A DNA stretch of 19,643 nucleotides, taken from positions 1-19,643 of the forward strand of contig JBEQLE010000075.1 of the NCBI GenBank assembly GCA_040326155.1, given 5' to 3'. The translations under genes were made by a program, and so were the position numbers. This DNA comes from Leptospirales bacterium. GTDB lineage: Bacteria; Spirochaetota; Leptospiria; Turneriellales; JAOUFE01. Shown piece after piece: positions 16,698-19,643 of this stretch (the first letter of the stretch is position 1; each line of letters begins with the position of its first letter). The notes beneath the pieces are model-generated. The model saw only the letters and a program-made list of their open reading frames with translations. It did no database searches and was not told where the DNA came from.

Positions 16698-17447
16698 ATG
16701 GGAATTTTACATTTAGAAAGTTTACGTAGAACTGGCGCGACCGGAAAAGGCGTCAAGGTTGCGGTTGTGGACAGCGGAATCAACGGAACTCACCCTCATA
16801 TAGGTGGTATAGCCGGAGGAATTAGAATTGCAGTTGATGAGAATAAAAATATTTATACGGACGCAAAGCATACCGGGGATGAAATTGGTCATGGAACGGC
16901 ATGCGCCGCTCTGATACGTCTAAAAGCTCCTGGTGTATCACTGCACAGTATAAAAATATTTGAAAACTCATTATCGACATATACTCAGGTTTTGATCTAT
17001 GCCCTCTCCTGGTGTATTGAGGAATCCTTCGATATTATCAATCTAAGCCTTGGCAGTAAAGGTAACCGTCATGCAGACTCCCTGCATAAAGTGTGTCGCC
17101 AGGCCGCCGAAAAAAATATACTTATTGTATCTTCACTGCCGCCTCTGTCGCAAAGTTTACCGGGTCTTTACCCAGAAGTGCTTGGCGTATGTTCAGACGA
17201 GAAATGTGGTTTCGATGATATTCTCCCGGATGATTTGGAAAACTTTAATTGTCGCGCTTCGGGGAACCCCAGGCCACTGCCGGGTCTGCCGGTTCAAATG
17301 AATTTTAAAGGTGACAGTTTGGCTTGTGCCCATGTCACAGGTTTTATGGCCTTGCTAAAAGAACAACAAAAAGGCATCCGATGGAAAACATTGTCTGAAA
17401 CATTGAAAGCTTACTTTGCTAAAGATTTTAATGAGCTTCAGCTGTAA
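16698..17447 (+). CDS. qhpE: Small cytoplasmic subtilisin-like (S8) leader peptidase, QhpE-like (249 aa)
   Basis: Triad VAVVDSG, GHGTACA, GDSLACAHVTG; IINLSLG; no signal or propeptide; IVSSLPP..PGLYPEVLGVCSDEKC resembles the QhpE-type segment. Confidence 0.8.
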   Translation: MGILHLESLRRTGATGKGVKVAVVDSGINGTHPHIGGIAGGIRIAVDENKNIYTDAKHTGDEIGHGTACAALIRLKAPGVSLHSIKIFENSLSTYTQVLIYALSWCIEESFDIINLSLGSKGNRHADSLHKVCRQAAEKNILIVSSLPPLSQSLPGLYPEVLGVCSDEKCGFDDILPDDLENFNCRASGNPRPLPGLPVQMNFKGDSLACAHVTGFMALLKEQQKGIRWKTLSETLKAYFAKDFNELQL

Positions 17448-17510
17448 ATTTCTGCAAAAGAAACATCTTTCATTAACGAGAGCTATCACCTCGCGAGACA
17501 AAAATATGTT

Positions 17511-18962
17511 TTATCGTGTAACAATTTCACCAACTAATTCAGTATCGTATAGAATATTCACCATTTGGCCTTTTTGCAGGTTGGTCGATACTGGTAACCT
17601 GCATTTTAGATAGTTCTCGGTGGTGACCTGTGCGGTTTCATTGTTGTTTGTTTCGATGATGGCGCGGTAAACATTTCCAGCGGTTTTTTGTATATAATTT
17701 TGCGCAGAAATATCAGCGGCTGTTTTCAGCCTTTTCACTCGTTCTCGAATAATACTGCCATGAACCATTTGCAGTTCACCATTATCTATTTTACGATCGA
17801 GAGAAGTCTGGCTTCTTCGCGACCATGGGAAAATATGGATATTAGCAAAGTTTGCATTTTTTACAAAAGCCAGAGTTTGCAAAAAGTCATCTTCTGTTTC
17901 ACCGGGAAAGCCAACGATCAAGTCGGTTCCAATGTGAACGTCAGGGCGAATCTTTCTCAGGGCTTCAAATTTTTGCATGACCAACTCTGGGTTGTATTTT
18001 CGGTTCATGAGTTTTAAGATTCGTTGCGAAGCGCTTTGCAGGGGAATGTGAAAAAACGGGGCAATTTTTTTATGGCCTGCTAGTTCGATAATTTCGGGAG
18101 TCAGAGATTCAGGTTCAAGTGAACTGATTCGATAATAGTAATGACCTGGCAGGGTGACCAGTTTGTGCAGTAACCATGAAAAATTTTCAACTTTGTCGGC
18201 CGCGCCAGTGGTTTTATAACGCCCGATATTAATACCGGTTAAAATAATTTCCGCAAAACCTGTTTTTCCCAGCGCTTTAACTTCCGATTCAATCGATCTA
18301 AAATTGCGTGAAATACCTTTACCGCGAGCCATAGGAATTTTACAATAGCTGCATCTTTTGTCGCACCCATCTTGAATTTTCAGATAAGCCCTTGAAAATT
18401 TTTCAAGAGATTGTGGATAACTTTTAAAAATGGTTTCCTGATTGCGGTTTGCCTTTGCAGGTTCCGACTCTGTCGTCGTAGGTATCGCAGATGGGTCAAT
18501 TTCATTGGTTTCTATAGCGGCAATTAGATCGGGAATGGAGTTTTTTTCTGCGTTAGAAACGACAAGGTAAACACCGTCCATGTTTTCAATTTCTTGTCGG
18601 TCCGTTGTAGCGTAACAACCTGTTACAATAATTTTCGCATGTGGGTTCAATTTTTGAACTCGACGAATGGCTCCCCGGTTTTTAACATCGGCGCGGTTGG
18701 TCACAGTGCAGGTATTAATTACCACATATGCGGCTTCTTCAATGGAGCCGGAGGTTTCAAAAGAGGTTAAAGTTGAATTTGAAAGAGATGAGTTGTTTTC
18801 CATATTGAGTGTTTCTAACCGATTGACACGGCATCCAAAATGGAAATAATATATTTTTTTAGTCTGGTTTATGTTCAAGGGGGCAGTTTTGGAGCCCGAG
18901 ACGGGTTCAGGTTCGAGACTGGGTCTGGGGTTTGGTTGCCGGGCGCCTGAAATCGGGCTCAT
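17511..18962 (-). CDS. mtaB: tRNA t6A37 methylthiotransferase MtaB (483 aa)
   Basis: UPF0004 cysteines GCRVN, NTCTVT, TGCYA; radical SAM KIQDGCDKRCSYCKIP; IVGFPGET; HIFPWSRR; TENY. Confidence 0.93.
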   Translation of the reverse strand: MSPISGARQPNPRPSLEPEPVSGSKTAPLNINQTKKIYYFHFGCRVNRLETLNMENNSSLSNSTLTSFETSGSIEEAAYVVINTCTVTNRADVKNRGAIRRVQKLNPHAKIIVTGCYATTDRQEIENMDGVYLVVSNAEKNSIPDLIAAIETNEIDPSAIPTTTESEPAKANRNQETIFKSYPQSLEKFSRAYLKIQDGCDKRCSYCKIPMARGKGISRNFRSIESEVKALGKTGFAEIILTGINIGRYKTTGAADKVENFSWLLHKLVTLPGHYYYRISSLEPESLTPEIIELAGHKKIAPFFHIPLQSASQRILKLMNRKYNPELVMQKFEALRKIRPDVHIGTDLIVGFPGETEDDFLQTLAFVKNANFANIHIFPWSRRSQTSLDRKIDNGELQMVHGSIIRERVKRLKTAADISAQNYIQKTAGNVYRAIIETNNNETAQVTTENYLKCRLPVSTNLQKGQMVNILYDTELVGEIVTR

Positions 18963-18964
18963 AA

Positions 18965-19606
18965 TTATTTGAGATTATCGATGTTTGTTTGAATGAGTTT
19001 TTTGAAACTGGGAACCAGGTTTGGATTGTTTAACGCGATATTAAAATGCTCGATCGCTTTCTTTTTTAGTTCATCGGCTTTCTCAGGAGATTTCGTTTTT
19101 TCGCTTTTATACCACTGCTGGTATATATAACCAAGCAGGTTATGCAAATACGGACTCTGCTTTCGAAATGAAAGCCCCCACAGCATAGAAAACTCAGCTT
19201 TTTCATAATCGGCCAGCGAAAGATGCGCGCGAGCTTCTAATACAACCGCTTCGAGTTTATCTTTAACACCTGTCTCTTTCTGATCAAAAACAGATTTGGC
19301 TTTCTCAGCGTATTCCAGGGCTTTTTTTGCGTTGTTTTCTAAAAGGTTAATGCGCGATAAAATATTGTATAATTTTGATGGAATAGACACTTTATGGTCT
19401 GTCAAATTTTGAATTCCACGAAGGGCAATTTTGCGAGCGGTACCAAGATATCTACGATGAATTTGCATTAAGGCATAATCGATGTAAGGCCCTGGTTTTG
19501 AGGGGTCCGTTTTTATGGTTCTTTCAAAATGGACAATTGCCGAATCGAAATTTCCCTGTTTCCAATGGTTGTGCGCAGCCAGGTAGCGAAGTTTAAAGTT
19601 TTTCAT
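18965..19606 (-). CDS. Tetratricopeptide repeat protein (213 aa)
   Basis: TPR-like helices (GNFDSAIVHFERTIKTDP, KALEYAEKA, YLHNLLGYIY, KAIEHFNIAL); stop 2 nt before the mtaB start. Confidence 0.8.
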   Translation of the reverse strand: MKNFKLRYLAAHNHWKQGNFDSAIVHFERTIKTDPSKPGPYIDYALMQIHRRYLGTARKIALRGIQNLTDHKVSIPSKLYNILSRINLLENNAKKALEYAEKAKSVFDQKETGVKDKLEAVVLEARAHLSLADYEKAEFSMLWGLSFRKQSPYLHNLLGYIYQQWYKSEKTKSPEKADELKKKAIEHFNIALNNPNLVPSFKKLIQTNIDNLK

Positions 19607-19643
19607 GTCTGACTTTATGACATGGCGAATGTGGTTAAGCGAC

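Noticed and set aside
10896..17447. Calling the operon a standard quinohemoprotein amine dehydrogenase cluster
   Set aside because: No CxxCH diheme domain, beta-propeller subunit, ABC exporter or FAD monooxygenase, and the gamma-like sequence is fused to about 420 extra residues.
903..18849. Numerous 60-150 aa ORFs nested in or antisense to larger genes (e.g. 3062-3430, 3527-3826, 6612-7064, 9997-10299, 13466-13825, 16210-16608, 17688-18017)
   Set aside because: Shadow frames of well-supported CDSs with no RBS or recognisable motif.
1..19643. CRISPR array, tRNA/rRNA genes, transposase or integrase
   Set aside because: No regularly spaced repeats, cloverleaf/rRNA-like sequence or recombinase motifs were seen.

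Overview
AT-rich bacterial chromosomal window, probably from a spirochete (Leptospiraceae-like). That assignment is inferred from a spirochetal-type lipobox and the style of fliS and mtaB, and is not proven. Left part (1-4900): a patchwork accessory region with a rhomboid protease, small hypotheticals, a chimeric adenylate/guanylate-cyclase fragment, a protein with a 73-residue uncharged C-terminal segment, a hairpin cluster and a lipoprotein. Middle (4900-10700): housekeeping genes (RhlE-like DEAD-box helicase, alpha/beta hydrolase, HEXXH aminopeptidase, PAP2 phosphatase, DedA, fliS). Right end: mtaB and a TPR protein. The main find is a tightly packed six-gene operon (10896-17447) between the fliS locus and mtaB that looks like a heavily remodelled quinohemoprotein amine dehydrogenase (qhp)/ranthipeptide system. 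It encodes a QhpD-like radical SAM/SPASM maturase, a stand-alone protein resembling only domain IV of the QhpA alpha subunit, a QhpC-like (gamma subunit, CTQ precursor) peptide fused to about 420 aa of extra domains, two U32-family Fe-S proteins and a QhpE-like subtilisin. No diheme domain, QhpB beta-propeller, QhpF exporter or QhpG flavin monooxygenase is present in the window. Hypothesis: the U32 pair replaces the O2-dependent QhpG and hydroxylates Trp without oxygen, producing a thioether-crosslinked quinocofactor protein of new architecture. All homology calls come from motif recognition and remembered family sequences; no database search was run.
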